The position numbers were made by a program, and so were the translations under genes. The notes beneath the pieces are model-generated. The model worked only from the letters and a program-made list of their open reading frames with translations. It ran no database searches and was not told the DNA's origin. Positions 1 to 10,808 of a stretch of 64,000 nt of DNA are shown here, piece by piece. Each line of letters starts with the position of its first letter. Within the stretch, counting starts at the first letter, position 1. The DNA comes from Spiribacter sp. (GTDB lineage Bacteria; Pseudomonadota; Gammaproteobacteria; Nitrococcales; Nitrococcaceae): positions 32,811-96,810 of the forward strand of contig JAVLBW010000008.1 in NCBI GenBank assembly GCA_031581235.1. The letters run 5' to 3'.

Positions 1-1128
1 GCCTGGGTGCTGGTGGAGTGGATTCGCAGTTGGCTTTTAACCGGTGCGACGTGGCTAAGTGTGGGCTACAGTCAGATCGATACACCATTGGCGAGTGTGG
101 CGCCGGTGGCCGGCGTCTATGGCGTTGGCCTGTTGCTGGTATTAATTGCCGGTGGCTTAGCGGCGGGTTTGCTTAAACCCCTTTCGCTACGGTGGATGGC
201 GCCGGTGCTGATGGCGGCGGTGACCGTGGTGGCGGCGCTATTACTCGATCGCGACTGGACGACGCCAAGCGCTGAGCCACTGCGGGTTGCGCTGATTCAA
301 GGCAATATCGATCAGGCCCGCAAGTGGGATCCAAACGCGCGTGATGCAATCATTGCTCAGTACCGCGAGCAGACTGAGGCGGCCTTTGGGGCCGATCTGA
401 TTATTTGGCCTGAGTCGGCATTACCGGTGGTTTATCAAGACGCCCAACCGGCCATCGAGCGGTTGGCCGCGCGGGCACAACGCGCCGGCAGCACGCTGAT
501 GCTCGGTGCGCCGGCGGCTGACCCGGCCGGTGCGGGGTTATTTAATGCGGTGGTGGTGCCGGGCGAAGATACCGCCTTTTACTACAAGCGGCATTTGGTG
601 CCGTTTGGCGAATACGTGCCACTGCGTCATCTTGCCGGCGGGCTACTGGATTTTGTTGGCACGCCGTTGGGAGATTTTAGCGCCGGTCACTCAGCCAAGC
701 CCCTGCAGGTGGCGGGTCACGCGGTAGGCGTGAGCATTTGTTATGAAATTACCTTTGGCGCCGAAATCGCTGCGGCCCTACCGCAAGCGCAATGGCTGCT
801 TAACGTCAGTAATGATGCGTGGTTTGGCGATTCGCCGGCGCCTTGGCAGCATCTTCAGATGAGTCGCATGCGCGCCCTGGAGTTGGGCCGACCGCTGCTG
901 CGTGCCACTAACACCGGTGTCTCCGCCATTATTGATAGCCGCGGGGCGCTAGAAGCTGACACGGCGCTATTCGAAACGCTGACGCTAACCGGTGAGATCG
1001 AGCCGCACGAGGGGCTTACACCGTATGCGCGCTGGCGTGATTGGCCAGTTGTTGCTGTGAGTGCACTGGGGTTATTGGTTTTGGCCGCGACCGGGCGCCG
1101 TGGTTATCGATTATTTCGTGATGTTTAA
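1..1128 (+). CDS. lnt: Apolipoprotein N-acyltransferase (5'-truncated by window edge)
   Basis: Nitrilase-fold triad motifs IIWPESAL, YYKRHLVPFGEY, SICYE; NVSNDAWFG and RATNTGVS; frame open from base 1. Confidence 0.95.
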   Translation, partial: AWVLVEWIRSWLLTGATWLSVGYSQIDTPLASVAPVAGVYGVGLLLVLIAGGLAAGLLKPLSLRWMAPVLMAAVTVVAALLLDRDWTTPSAEPLRVALIQGNIDQARKWDPNARDAIIAQYREQTEAAFGADLIIWPESALPVVYQDAQPAIERLAARAQRAGSTLMLGAPAADPAGAGLFNAVVVPGEDTAFYYKRHLVPFGEYVPLRHLAGGLLDFVGTPLGDFSAGHSAKPLQVAGHAVGVSICYEITFGAEIAAALPQAQWLLNVSNDAWFGDSPAPWQHLQMSRMRALELGRPLLRATNTGVSAIIDSRGALEADTALFETLTLTGEIEPHEGLTPYARWRDWPVVAVSALGLLVLAATGRRGYRLFRDV

Positions 1129-1179
1129 GCGCGGAGTGCGCCTGCGCTGCGTTGTTACATCACCGACAAGGAGCGCTAA

Positions 1180-1713
1180 ATGAGCGAGGAAAACGATCCG
1201 AACGAGCAACAGGTTAAAGGCTACGAGCGCATGCTCGAGCGCCTGCGTGAGCGTATGAGCGAGGCCGGCGAGCAGATTGAGCATGGGTTTCAAACCGCAA
1301 TCGATCAGGTTCGCGAGCGCAGCATCGAACTCGGCGAGCTCAGCCGGGACGAGGCAGACAAGGTCGCACAGTGGTTGCAGCGTGATATTGAAGATGCTGC
1401 TGAGTATGTCGAGACAACGCGTGGGACCTACAGCGATTGGCTGCATATGGATTTACAGCTGGTTGAGCGCTGGGCTTGGGATCAGTTCTCATCGGTTGCT
1501 GATCAGACGCGGCTGCAGTGGCAGGCGTTTAACCAAGAGCTACAAGCAGCGGCGCGTTATCACACCGGCGAAATCACCGGCCCAGGCACACTGGTTTGCC
1601 GGGATTGTGGTGAACATCTTGTGTTTAAGCGCGTGGGCCACATCCCGCCCTGTCCGCAATGCCACGGCAGCCGTTTTGAGCGCGCCGCGCGACAATCCAA
1701 TGGCGGCGCATAG
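1180..1713 (+). CDS. Zinc ribbon-containing protein (DUF1451/YbeL-like)
   Basis: Acidic helical N-part plus C-terminal [18 protein letters not shown]...[11 protein letters not shown]; next to leuS; SD aaggag upstream. Confidence 0.85.
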   Translation: MSEENDPNEQQVKGYERMLERLRERMSEAGEQIEHGFQTAIDQVRERSIELGELSRDEADKVAQWLQRDIEDAAEYVETTRGTYSDWLHMDLQLVERWAWDQFSSVADQTRLQWQAFNQELQAAARYHTGEITGPGTLVCRDCGEHLVFKRVGHIPPCPQCHGSRFERAARQSNGGA

Positions 1714-1743
1714 GTGCAATTAGACCCGGCGGCGGGGTATCCT
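1714..1743 (+). promoter_or_regulatory. Candidate sigma70 promoter for leuS
   Basis: GTGCAA(1714-1719)-18 nt-TATCCT(1738-1743), 8 nt before the ATG at 1752; judged by eye only. Confidence 0.3.
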
Positions 1744-1751
1744 CTCGCGCC

Positions 1752-4343
1752 ATGAATAAGCAATACGATCCCGCCGTTATCGAAACCCAAGCCCAGCACT
1801 ACTGGGATGCCAGCGGTTGTTTTGAGGTCAGCGAGGAGAGCGCCCGCGAACCCTTTTACTGCCTCTCGATGCTGCCCTATCCCAGTGGCAAGTTGCACAT
1901 GGGGCATGTGCGTAACTACACCATTGGCGATGTAATAAGCCGCTTCCAGCGCATGCAGGGCCGCAATGTGCTCCAACCCATGGGTTGGGATGCGTTTGGT
2001 CTGCCGGCCGAAAACGCCGCCATTAAGCGTGGAGTGGCACCGGCGAAGTGGACCTTTGAGAACATTGACCATATGCGCCGACAGCTCCAGCGCATGGGCT
2101 ATGGCTATGACTGGCGCCGTGAGGTCACCACCTGTGACCCCGCGTACTATCGCTGGGAGCAGCAAATGTTCACCCGGCTGTTTGCAAAAAATTTGGTCTA
2201 TCGCGCCAGTGCCGTGGTCAATTGGGACCCGGTTGACCAAACCGTGCTCGCCAATGAGCAGGTGGTGGACGGCCGCGGCTGGCGCTCTGGCGCGCCGGTA
2301 GAGCGGCGCGAAATTCCGCAGTGGTTTTTGCGCATTACCGATTACGCCGATGAGTTGCTCGATGGCTTGGATAAGCTGCCAGGCTGGCCGGATGCGGTTA
2401 AAACCATGCAGCGCCACTGGATTGGTCGCTCTGAGGGCGTTGAGCTGGATTTTGCCCTGGCCGACGGCGGTGATCCGTTGCGGGTCTACACAACCCGCCC
2501 AGATACCTTGTACGGCGCGACCTATATGGCGGTTGCCGCAGATCATCCGCTGGCGCTGGCTGCCGAAGATCGCGATCCAGCGATTGCGGCGTTTTTGGCT
2601 GAAATCCGTCAAGGTGCGGTCACTGAAGAGGCCATGGAGAAGCTCGAGAAAAAGGGCATGCCGTTGGGGATTGACGCGCTCAACCCCCTCTCGGGTGAGC
2701 GCATTCCGGTGTGGGTGGCCAATTTTGTGCTCATGGGCTACGGCACCGGTGCGATTATGGCGGTGCCGGCGCATGATCAACGCGACCATGAATTTGCCCA
2801 GCGCTATGGCCTTGCCATTCGCCAGGCGGTTGGCCCCGCTGAAGGCAGCGAAATTGACGTGCAGGCTGAACCGTGGGTGGCCAAAGAGGGGTTAGTCACC
2901 GTCAATGCCGGGCCGTTTACGGGGCTCGATTTTGACGCCGCGTTTAATGCCATCGCTGACCATCTTGAGTCGCAGGGCATCGGTGAGCGGCGGGTCAACT
3001 ATCGACTGCGTGACTGGGGCGTATCCCGGCAGCGCTATTGGGGTTGTCCCATTCCGATTATTCATTGCCCCACCTGCGGCGCGGTGCCGGTGCCCGATGA
3101 CGATCTGCCGGTGACCTTGCCCGAGTCGGTTGAATTCACTGGCGTGCGCTCGCCGCTTAAGTCCGATCCGGACTGGCGCCATGTCGCTTGTCCCGCTTGT
3201 GGTGAGGCCGCCGAGCGCGAAACCGACACCTTCGATACCTTTGTCGAGTCCTCTTGGTACTACGCGCGCTACTGCAGCCCGCAAGCGGAGGCGATGGTCG
3301 ATGAGCGAGCCGATCATTGGTTGCCTGTCGATCAGTACATTGGCGGCATTGAGCATGCGGTCATGCACCTTTTGTATTTTCGTTTTTGGCATAAGCTCAT
3401 GCGCGACTTAGGGCTGCTGCATAGCGATGAGCCGGCAACCAATCTGCTCTGCCAGGGCATGGTGCTCGCCGAGGCCTACTATCAAGACAGTGAGGCCGCC
3501 GGGCGTGAGTGGATTGCGCCGGCTGATGTTGCCGTCGAGCGCGATGCCAAGGGTCGCATTGCCAGCGCGCGACGACGAAGTGATCAATCCGAGGTGGTGG
3601 CCACCGGTTGGACCACGATGTCGAAGTCAAAAAATAACGGCGTCGACCCGGAAAGCCTCGTCGATCGCTTTGGTGCCGACACGGTGCGCTTATTTACCAT
3701 GTTTGCGGCGCCGCCCGATCAGGCACTGGAGTGGCAGGATAGCGGCGTTGAGGGTGCTTCGCGGTTTCTGCGCCGACTCCACGGCCTGGTGGTCGAGCAT
3801 GTCGATGCCGGTGTCGTGCCGGCGCCACGCGCCGAGCCACTCGATGAGGCCGGCGCAGCACTACGGCGCAAGCTCCACGAGACGATCGCGAAGGTGGGTG
3901 ACGACATTGGTCGGCGCTACACCTTTAATACCGCGATTGCTGCGGTGATGGAGCTGACCAATGATTTGGCGCGCTACACCGAGCGTAGCGACAGCGCGCG
4001 CGGGCTGCGCCAGGAGGTGCTGGAAGCGTTGGTATTAATGCTGCAGCCGATTACGCCGCATTTAAGCCACGCCCTGTGGTCGGCTCTCGGGCAGGCGGGC
4101 GCCGCGGTCGATCAGCCTTGGCCGGTGGTGGATGACTCAGCGCTCGTGCGCGAGCGCCTCGAGCTCGTGGTGCAGGTTAATGGCAAGCTGCGCGGCCGCA
4201 TTACCGTGGCAGCGGACGCCGCGGAGAGCGCAATCAGCGAGCAGGCGCTCGATGATGAGAATGTTGTACGATTTCTCGAAGGCCTGACGGTGCGCAAGGT
4301 GATTGTGGTGCCTGGGCGATTGGTGAATGTGGTGGCAAATTGA
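1752..4343 (+). CDS. leuS: Leucine--tRNA ligase
   Basis: [11 protein letters not shown] (HIGH), CP1 editing motifs TTRPDT and [21 protein letters not shown]-terminal [10 protein letters not shown]. Confidence 0.99.
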   Translation: MNKQYDPAVIETQAQHYWDASGCFEVSEESAREPFYCLSMLPYPSGKLHMGHVRNYTIGDVISRFQRMQGRNVLQPMGWDAFGLPAENAAIKRGVAPAKWTFENIDHMRRQLQRMGYGYDWRREVTTCDPAYYRWEQQMFTRLFAKNLVYRASAVVNWDPVDQTVLANEQVVDGRGWRSGAPVERREIPQWFLRITDYADELLDGLDKLPGWPDAVKTMQRHWIGRSEGVELDFALADGGDPLRVYTTRPDTLYGATYMAVAADHPLALAAEDRDPAIAAFLAEIRQGAVTEEAMEKLEKKGMPLGIDALNPLSGERIPVWVANFVLMGYGTGAIMAVPAHDQRDHEFAQRYGLAIRQAVGPAEGSEIDVQAEPWVAKEGLVTVNAGPFTGLDFDAAFNAIADHLESQGIGERRVNYRLRDWGVSRQRYWGCPIPIIHCPTCGAVPVPDDDLPVTLPESVEFTGVRSPLKSDPDWRHVACPACGEAAERETDTFDTFVESSWYYARYCSPQAEAMVDERADHWLPVDQYIGGIEHAVMHLLYFRFWHKLMRDLGLLHSDEPATNLLCQGMVLAEAYYQDSEAAGREWIAPADVAVERDAKGRIASARRRSDQSEVVATGWTTMSKSKNNGVDPESLVDRFGADTVRLFTMFAAPPDQALEWQDSGVEGASRFLRRLHGLVVEHVDAGVVPAPRAEPLDEAGAALRRKLHETIAKVGDDIGRRYTFNTAIAAVMELTNDLARYTERSDSARGLRQEVLEALVLMLQPITPHLSHALWSALGQAGAAVDQPWPVVDDSALVRERLELVVQVNGKLRGRITVAADAAESAISEQALDDENVVRFLEGLTVRKVIVVPGRLVNVVAN

Positions 4344-4843
4344 TGCAGTACGTGCAACGCGGATTGGTCATCGTGCTGGTGGGGTTGCTGGTGGGCTGTG
4401 GCTGGCAACTACGCGGTGGCGCCGGCGGTGGATTCGATGGGGTTGCCATTGCCGTTACCGGGGCCGCCGGCAATCGGCTCGAGGCAAAAATTGCACGCCA
4501 ATTACGGGATCTGGGGGCCGATGTTGTGGCCGAGGCCGCGCAGGCGCAAACGCAACTGCGCATAGAATCGGCGGGCAGTAGCCGGCGCACACTGGCAACC
4601 GATGCCGATGATTTCGCCAGCGAATACGAGCTCACCTATCAAATTCGATTTAGCCTGGAGCCGGGTGGGCTTGCCGCTGACGATGCCATGTCGGGGTCAT
4701 CGCAAACTGTGCGTACGAGCGCGGCTTTCTCGGTCAGCGCCGATAACCTGCAAGCAGCCCAAGCCGAGGAACAAGCCCTTCAACGTGACCTTGAGGCGGA
4801 TGCAATTACCTTGTTATTGGCTCGTGTCGGACGGATGCTTTAA
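4343..4843 (+). CDS. lptE: LPS assembly lipoprotein LptE
   Basis: Lipobox LVGCGWQLRG; lies between leuS and holA; ATG overlaps the leuS TGA. Confidence 0.9.
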   Translation: MQYVQRGLVIVLVGLLVGCGWQLRGGAGGGFDGVAIAVTGAAGNRLEAKIARQLRDLGADVVAEAAQAQTQLRIESAGSSRRTLATDADDFASEYELTYQIRFSLEPGGLAADDAMSGSSQTVRTSAAFSVSADNLQAAQAEEQALQRDLEADAITLLLARVGRML

Positions 4844-4854
4844 GCGCGTGCGTA

Positions 4855-5892
4855 ATGCCTGAACTGCGCGTCGACCAGCTTATTGGCCGCCTCGATCAGG
4901 GGCTGGCGCCGATGGCTTTGCTGGCTGGCGAAGAGCCGCTGATCATTGAAGAAACCCTCGATCAGTTACGCCAGCGGGCGCGCGAGCACGGCTACCTCGA
5001 GCGCGAAATTCTGCACGTCGAAAAGGGCTTTGATTGGGGTCGCATTGCTGCGAGCACCGATAATCTGTCGTTATTCGCCGCCCGCCGGCTGATTGAGCTG
5101 CGCCTGCCCAATGGTAAACCGGGCAAGGATGGCAGCGCGGTGCTCAAGGCCTATGCCCAAAACCCGCCCGAAGACACCGCCCTCGTTGTAATCGCAGGCC
5201 GGCTTGAGCCCGCGCAACGCAAGTCGGCGTGGGTTCAGGCCATCGCTAAGGCCGGCGTTATGAGCTATGTCTGGCCACTGCGACGCCATGAGCTCAGTGA
5301 CTGGGTTGCCCACCGTGCTCAAAGCCGGGGGCTAACAATCGATCGCGATGCCGCCGCGCTGCTTGCCGAGCGCAATGAGGGTAATTTGTTGGCGCTGGCG
5401 CAAGAGGTGGAAAAACTCGCGCTCATGAGCGATGGCAAGGCGGTGGGATTGGCTGAGGCACGTGATGCGGTGGCCGACAGTGCGCGCTACGCGGTGTTTG
5501 ACCTACCCGATGCGGTTGCCGCCGGTGATGTTGCCCGCACGCAGCGCATTACGCAGCGTTTGCGCGTTGAGGGTGAGGAGCCAGTGTTAGTGCTATGGGG
5601 GCTGAGTCGGGATTTGCGGGTGTTGGCGGATTTACAAGCATCGCAGGCAACCGGCGAGCCAGCCGCTGCGGTGATGAAGCGGCATCGGGTTTGGCAAAAT
5701 CGCCAGTCACGTTTGCAGCAGCTCGCACAGCGCGCCCCGCGTCAGGCCTGGGCGCGGTTGCTGGCCCGCGCGGCCGCGGCGGATCGGGCCATTAAGGGCG
5801 CTGAGCCACGGCGTGGTTGGGACGACCTGATAGAATTAGCGTGTGGTGCTGCCCGATTGGCGGGCCAAACCAATCATCGAGGATCAACGTGA
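4855..5892 (+). CDS. holA: DNA polymerase III subunit delta
   Basis: [35 protein letters not shown]; leuS-lptE-holA synteny. Confidence 0.95.
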   Translation: MPELRVDQLIGRLDQGLAPMALLAGEEPLIIEETLDQLRQRAREHGYLEREILHVEKGFDWGRIAASTDNLSLFAARRLIELRLPNGKPGKDGSAVLKAYAQNPPEDTALVVIAGRLEPAQRKSAWVQAIAKAGVMSYVWPLRRHELSDWVAHRAQSRGLTIDRDAAALLAERNEGNLLALAQEVEKLALMSDGKAVGLAEARDAVADSARYAVFDLPDAVAAGDVARTQRITQRLRVEGEEPVLVLWGLSRDLRVLADLQASQATGEPAAAVMKRHRVWQNRQSRLQQLAQRAPRQAWARLLARAAAADRAIKGAEPRRGWDDLIELACGAARLAGQTNHRGST

Positions 5893-7175
5893 TGGGTGTT
5901 CAGAATAATCCAGTCATTGACGATGTCAGCGGTCATATTGAAGCCCTTGGTATGGCGGCCCGTCGCGCGAGCCGAGTGCTTGCAGCCAGTGACAGCGGTC
6001 CGCGCAATAACGCGTTGCGTGCGATGGCACGGCATATTCGCAATAGCCAAGCGACGTTGAGGCAAGCCAATCAACAGGACTTAGCCGCCGCCGAAGCGGC
6101 GGGGCTTGAGTCTGCCCTTATCGATCGCCTAGCGCTCACCGAAGCGCGTATTGAGGCGATGGCCGAGGGGTTGGAGCAGATTGCGGCACTGCCCGATCCG
6201 GTTGGCTCAATCAGTCAAATCGAACCCATGCCCTCAGGCATTCGGGTGGGCCGAATGCGGGTGCCATTGGGTGTGGTGGGCATTATTTATGAGTCGCGCC
6301 CCAACGTGACCGCCGATGCGGCTGGATTGTGCCTAAAATCAGGCAATGCCTGCGTGCTGCGCGGTGGGTCTGAGTCGCTGCGCTCGAATCAAGCCATCGC
6401 GACCTGCATCCAAGCGGGGCTGAGTGAAGCGGGGCTGCCCGAGCAGGCGGTGCAGGTGGTGGCAACGACCGATCGGGCCGCTGTGGGTGCACTGATTACC
6501 GCCTCTGAGCATATCGATGTGTTGGTGCCGCGCGGTGGCAAAAGCCTGATTGCGCGCATTATGCAAGAGGCCACCGTGCCGATGATTAAACACCTCGACG
6601 GCGTGTGCCATTGCTTTGTCGACGCGGCGGCTGATCTTGATATGGCTGAACGCGTGGTCATTAACGCCAAAACCCAACGCTACGGGACCTGTAATACGCT
6701 CGAGACGCTGTTAATTGATGCCGGGGTTGCGCCGACGTTGTTACCGCGGCTGAAGAGCCGTTTTGATGACATCGGTGTGGAGTTGCGTGCCTGCGCTGAA
6801 AGCCGCGCCATTGTTGATGGCTTGAGCGTTGCCAGCGAGGCCGATTGGGACGAGGAGTACTTGGCCCCGATTTTGGCTGTGAAAGTTGTCAGTGGGCTTG
6901 ATCAAGCGATTGAGCATATTGCCGCGCATGGCTCCGGTCATACCGATGCGATCGTGACCGATCATCACCCGCATGCGCAGCGATTTTTGCGTGAAGTCGA
7001 TTCAAGCTCGGTGATGGTGAATGCCTCGACCCGCTTTGCGGATGGCTTTGAGTATGGCCTGGGTGCCGAAATTGGCATTAGTACCGATAAATTGCATGCC
7101 CGTGGCCCGGTGGGCTTAGAAGGGCTGACCTCGCAGAAATACATCGTCTTGGGTGAGGGGCATGTGCGCGAATGA
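5892..7175 (+). CDS. proA: Gamma-glutamyl phosphate reductase
   Basis: [17 protein letters not shown], catalytic [25 protein letters not shown]; likely start is the ATG overlapping the holA stop. Confidence 0.97.
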   Translation: MGVQNNPVIDDVSGHIEALGMAARRASRVLAASDSGPRNNALRAMARHIRNSQATLRQANQQDLAAAEAAGLESALIDRLALTEARIEAMAEGLEQIAALPDPVGSISQIEPMPSGIRVGRMRVPLGVVGIIYESRPNVTADAAGLCLKSGNACVLRGGSESLRSNQAIATCIQAGLSEAGLPEQAVQVVATTDRAAVGALITASEHIDVLVPRGGKSLIARIMQEATVPMIKHLDGVCHCFVDAAADLDMAERVVINAKTQRYGTCNTLETLLIDAGVAPTLLPRLKSRFDDIGVELRACAESRAIVDGLSVASEADWDEEYLAPILAVKVVSGLDQAIEHIAAHGSGHTDAIVTDHHPHAQRFLREVDSSSVMVNASTRFADGFEYGLGAEIGISTDKLHARGPVGLEGLTSQKYIVLGEGHVRE

Positions 7176-7834
7176 CTAGCGCCATGGGTGCCCCGGTGGC
7201 GTTACTCGGGGGAACCTTCGATCCGGTCCATTATGGACATCTGCGCCCGGCTATCGAACTGCTTGAGGCCCTTAATTTTGCCGAGATTCGCCTGGTGCCT
7301 GGGCGTGTGCCGCCGCATCGCCCGCAGCCACGGCAGTCAGCGGCCACTCGCACGCGCCTGCTGTCTACCGCGGTCGCTGATATCCCCGGCCTCGTGGTCG
7401 ATGAGCGGGAGTTACAGCGGCCTGGGCCGTCCTACACGCTCGAGACCTTGCGTGGGCTGCGCGCTGAAATCGGCGCCCAGCGGCCGTTATGTTTTGTCAT
7501 GGGACGCGATGCCTTTCGCGGCCTTGAGGCCTGGCACCGCTGGCATGAGCTAATCGACTATGCCCACCTAATTGTTACCACGCGCGCTGGCGATCAAGCC
7601 TTGTTACCGGCATCGCTGCAAGACTGGTTAGCACCGCGGCTGGCAAGCGATGCAGCGGTGTTGCGAGACACCCCTGCGGGCGCGGTGTGGTTTCAGCCAG
7701 TTAGCGAATTGGCGATTTCAGCAACCAGTGTGCGTCAATTGCTCGCCCAAGGCCGGTCGGCGCGGGGGCTGATGCCCGAGTGCGTGTGGCCGCTGGTTGC
7801 TGAGACGGGACTGTATGGGTATCCGCAAATTTAA
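7172..7834 (+). CDS. nadD: Nicotinate-nucleotide adenylyltransferase
   Basis: [23 protein letters not shown]. Confidence 0.95.
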   Translation: MTSAMGAPVALLGGTFDPVHYGHLRPAIELLEALNFAEIRLVPGRVPPHRPQPRQSAATRTRLLSTAVADIPGLVVDERELQRPGPSYTLETLRGLRAEIGAQRPLCFVMGRDAFRGLEAWHRWHELIDYAHLIVTTRAGDQALLPASLQDWLAPRLASDAAVLRDTPAGAVWFQPVSELAISATSVRQLLAQGRSARGLMPECVWPLVAETGLYGYPQI

Positions 7835-7867
7835 CCGGGGTTTTGCCAAGGAGTGAATAGTCGGGTT

Positions 7868-8218
7868 ATGAATACAATTGCTGCCTCCCCTCAGGGCCTT
7901 CGCGATTATGTCGCAGAGGCGCTCGATGACATGAAAGCGGTCGATCCGCGCATTCTCGATGTGCAGGGTCGAACCGCCATTACCGACTATATGGCCTTCG
8001 CTAGCGGTAATTCGCGGCGCCATGTGCGCTCGATTGCCGAAGCGGTGATTGATAAAGCGCGTGAGGCGGGGCTTAAACCCATGGGGATTGAAGGCCTACA
8101 AGGCAGTGAATGGGTTTTGGTCGACTTAGGCGATGTGGTGGTCCACGTCATGCTCGAAGATGTGCGCGAATTCTACCGGCTGGAGCGGATCTGGAGCTTT
8201 GACGAGGCTGAGGCTTAG
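7868..8218 (+). CDS. rsfS: Ribosome silencing factor
   Basis: DYMAFASGNSRRHV, WVLVDLGDVVVHVM, FYRLERIW; start could be GTG 7853. Confidence 0.95.
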   Translation: MNTIAASPQGLRDYVAEALDDMKAVDPRILDVQGRTAITDYMAFASGNSRRHVRSIAEAVIDKAREAGLKPMGIEGLQGSEWVLVDLGDVVVHVMLEDVREFYRLERIWSFDEAEA

Positions 8219-8223
8219 GCCTG

Positions 8224-8694
8224 ATGCGGCTTGAATTGTTAGCGGTCGGCCAGCGCCCCCCTGATTGGGTGCAAACCGGCTTTCAAACCTACGCAAAGCG
8301 CATGCCGGCGCATTTGCCGTTAAGTGTGCGCAGTGTTGCCGCCGGCGATGCTCGGCGCGGCGGCGATGTTGCCCGCGCGCAGCGCCAAGAGGCTGATGCT
8401 TTGCTTGCCGCCGCGCCCAAAGGCGCTCAATTAATCGCGCTCGATGAGCGCGGCCGCAGCTGGCGAACCGCGGATCTGGCAGACTATTTGCAAACGCAGA
8501 TGCAGCAGGGTGTGGATCTGGCGTTTTTAATTGGCGGCGCGGATGGCTTGCATCAACGCTGTCTCGATTCAGCTGAGCGCCAATGGTCGCTCTCGGCGCT
8601 GACGTTGCCGCACATGCTGGTGCGGGTGATTGTCGCCGAGCAGCTCTACCGCGCTTGGACGTTGTGCTCAGGGCATCCCTATCATCGCGGATAG
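8224..8694 (+). CDS. rlmH: 23S rRNA m3Psi1915 methyltransferase (SPOUT)
   Basis: ALDERG, FLIGGADG, SLSALTLPHMLVR, EQLYRAW, GHPYHR. Confidence 0.97.
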   Translation: MRLELLAVGQRPPDWVQTGFQTYAKRMPAHLPLSVRSVAAGDARRGGDVARAQRQEADALLAAAPKGAQLIALDERGRSWRTADLADYLQTQMQQGVDLAFLIGGADGLHQRCLDSAERQWSLSALTLPHMLVRVIVAEQLYRAWTLCSGHPYHRG

Positions 8695-8718
8695 CCCTGG
8701 GTTGGTGAGGAGACCGAT

Positions 8719-9339
8719 ATGAGCGAGCATCAATCCCAGACCCCGGCTGTGTATTTGGCCTCGGCGTCGCCGCGTCGGCGCGAATTACTCGAGCGCATGG
8801 GTGTTGTCTTTGAGGTCATTGAGCAGCAGGTTGATGAGCAGGTGCACGCCGAGGAAACCCCCGAGGTGTTTGTGATTCGGCTCGCGCTGGAAAAAGCCCG
8901 CGAGGGTTTGGCAAACCGTCCCACCGGTGCGCAGGCACCGGTATTGGGTGCGGATACAGCGGTGGTTATTGACGATACGATTTTAGGTAAACCGGTTGAT
9001 CAGCATCAGGCGCTGGCGATGCTCGAGCGCCTCTCTGGGCGAACCCATCGCGTGCTCACCGGTGTTGCGCTGGTGGGCGATGAGGGCGAGGCGACACGGC
9101 TTTCGATGAGCCGGGTGAGCTTTCGTGAGATTACACCGGCCGAGCGCGAGGCGTACTGGCGCACCGGCGAGCCTAAAGGCAAGGCGGGCGGCTACGCCAT
9201 TCAGGGCTTGGGCGGGGTGTTCGCCGAGCAGCTCGAGGGCAGTTATTCGGGTGTGATGGGCTTGCCGTTATTTGAGACCGATGATCTGCTGCGCTCATTC
9301 GGTCTTGCAAGCCCCTTGCATGCGCCGGCGGGGCAGTGA
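8719..9339 (+). CDS. maf: Maf family nucleotide pyrophosphatase (YhdE-like)
   Basis: LASASPRRRELL, VLGADT, KAGGYAIQG, YSGVMGLP. Confidence 0.95.
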   Translation: MSEHQSQTPAVYLASASPRRRELLERMGVVFEVIEQQVDEQVHAEETPEVFVIRLALEKAREGLANRPTGAQAPVLGADTAVVIDDTILGKPVDQHQALAMLERLSGRTHRVLTGVALVGDEGEATRLSMSRVSFREITPAEREAYWRTGEPKGKAGGYAIQGLGGVFAEQLEGSYSGVMGLPLFETDDLLRSFGLASPLHAPAGQ

Positions 9340-10808
9340 CCCAAGAGATTCTCGTTAACATTACCCCGCAGGAGACGCGGGTGGCGGTGCTTGATAACGG
9401 CAGTTTGCAAGAAATTCATATCGAGCGCGCCCGCGCTCGCGGGTTGGTGGGCAATATCTACCAAGGCGAGGTGGTACGGGTGCTGCCTGGGATGCAGGCC
9501 GCCTTTGTTGAGGCGGGTTTAGCGCGGACGGCATTTCTGCATGCCTCGGATATTACCGCGGGGCGGCAAATCGCCGGTGACGACCCGATCCAATCGGAGC
9601 TTATTCAGCATCATTTGCGCGAACAACAGCGACTGCGGGTGCAGGTGATTAAAGACCCGATCGGCGGCAAGGGTGCGCGGCTAACCACGCAAATTACGAT
9701 CTCCTCGCGCACCCTGGTGTTACTGGTTGATGCGCCCGGGGTCGGTCTGTCGGCCCGTATCGAAGGCGCAGACGAGCGCGAGCGACTAAAGGCGATTGCA
9801 GGCGATTTGCTTGGCCCATCGAGTGCGCATGGCTGTATTTTTCGAACCGCGGCCGAGGGCGCTGATGAGGCCACACTCGCCCGTGACTGGGGTTACTTAC
9901 AGCGGCTTTGGCAGGCGATCGAAAAGCGCAGCCAGACCGCGCAGCCGGCAACGCTATTGCACGCCGATTTACCGCTAAAGTTGCGGGTCTTGCGGGATTT
10001 GATGAGCGCCACGGTCGAGCGTATTCAAGTTGATTCGCAGGAGGCGCTCGCCGCGATGCGCGAATTCGCCCACGCCTACTTGCCCGATGCGCTTGGGTGC
10101 CTGCAACACTATAGCGGGGCGCGGCCGATATTCGACCTCTATGCGGTGGAGGACGAAATTCAGCGGGCACTGCAGCGGCGCGTTACGCTTAAGTCGGGCG
10201 GCACCCTGATGATCGATCAAACCGAGGCAATGACCACGATTGATGTCAACACCGGCGGCTACGTCGGCCATCGGACCCTGGAAGAGACGATTTTTAAAAC
10301 CAATCTCGAGGCCGCTCAGGCGATCAGCCGGCAGCTGCGGCTGCGCAACCTCGGTGGCATCATTATTGTCGACTTTATTGACATGGAGGATGCCGAGCAT
10401 CAGCGACAAGTGCTACGCGCCCTTGAGAAAGGCTTTGAAGCCGATCATGCGCGCGTGCAAATTAGCGGTGTCTCGGCGCTTGGTTTGGTTGAAATGACGC
10501 GCAAGCGCACCCGCGAGTCACTTGAGCATTTGCTGTGTAGTCCGTGTCCGCAGTGCTCGGGTCGAGGGTTTTTAAAAAGCGCTGAGACCCTGGTGCATGA
10601 AATCGCCCGTGCGATTTTGCGCGAAGCACGGCAGTTCGAAACCACACGGCTGCTGGTGCTGGCGCCGCAAGAGGTGGTTGATCGGGCGCTGGGCGAGGAA
10701 AGCGATAGCTTTGCCGAACTGGAGACGTTTATTGGCAAACCGATTGCCTTTCAAGCCGAGCCGCTTTATCACGCCGAGCAGTTTGATGTGGTGTTGATGT
10801 CGTCATGA
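9336..10808 (+). CDS. rng: Ribonuclease G
   Basis: GNIYQGEVVRVLPGMQAAFV (S1 domain), TTIDVNTG, LRNLGGIIIVDFIDM, CPQCSGRG. Confidence 0.97.
   Translation: MTQEILVNITPQETRVAVLDNGSLQEIHIERARARGLVGNIYQGEVVRVLPGMQAAFVEAGLARTAFLHASDITAGRQIAGDDPIQSELIQHHLREQQRLRVQVIKDPIGGKGARLTTQITISSRTLVLLVDAPGVGLSARIEGADERERLKAIAGDLLGPSSAHGCIFRTAAEGADEATLARDWGYLQRLWQAIEKRSQTAQPATLLHADLPLKLRVLRDLMSATVERIQVDSQEALAAMREFAHAYLPDALGCLQHYSGARPIFDLYAVEDEIQRALQRRVTLKSGGTLMIDQTEAMTTIDVNTGGYVGHRTLEETIFKTNLEAAQAISRQLRLRNLGGIIIVDFIDMEDAEHQRQVLRALEKGFEADHARVQISGVSALGLVEMTRKRTRESLEHLLCSPCPQCSGRGFLKSAETLVHEIARAILREARQFETTRLLVLAPQEVVDRALGEESDSFAELETFIGKPIAFQAEPLYHAEQFDVVLMSS

Noticed and set aside
1560-2789. 409-aa antisense ORF opposite leuS
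   Set aside because: Shadow ORF typical of high-GC coding strands; no motif, and fully explained by leuS codon structure
3613-3632. LeuRS reads TMSKS rather than KMSKS
   Set aside because: The first position is variable in class I synthetases; the catalytic second Lys is intact
9175-9200. Maf has GKAG where DKAG is common
   Set aside because: Single change at a position I believe is variable; other Maf motifs are intact
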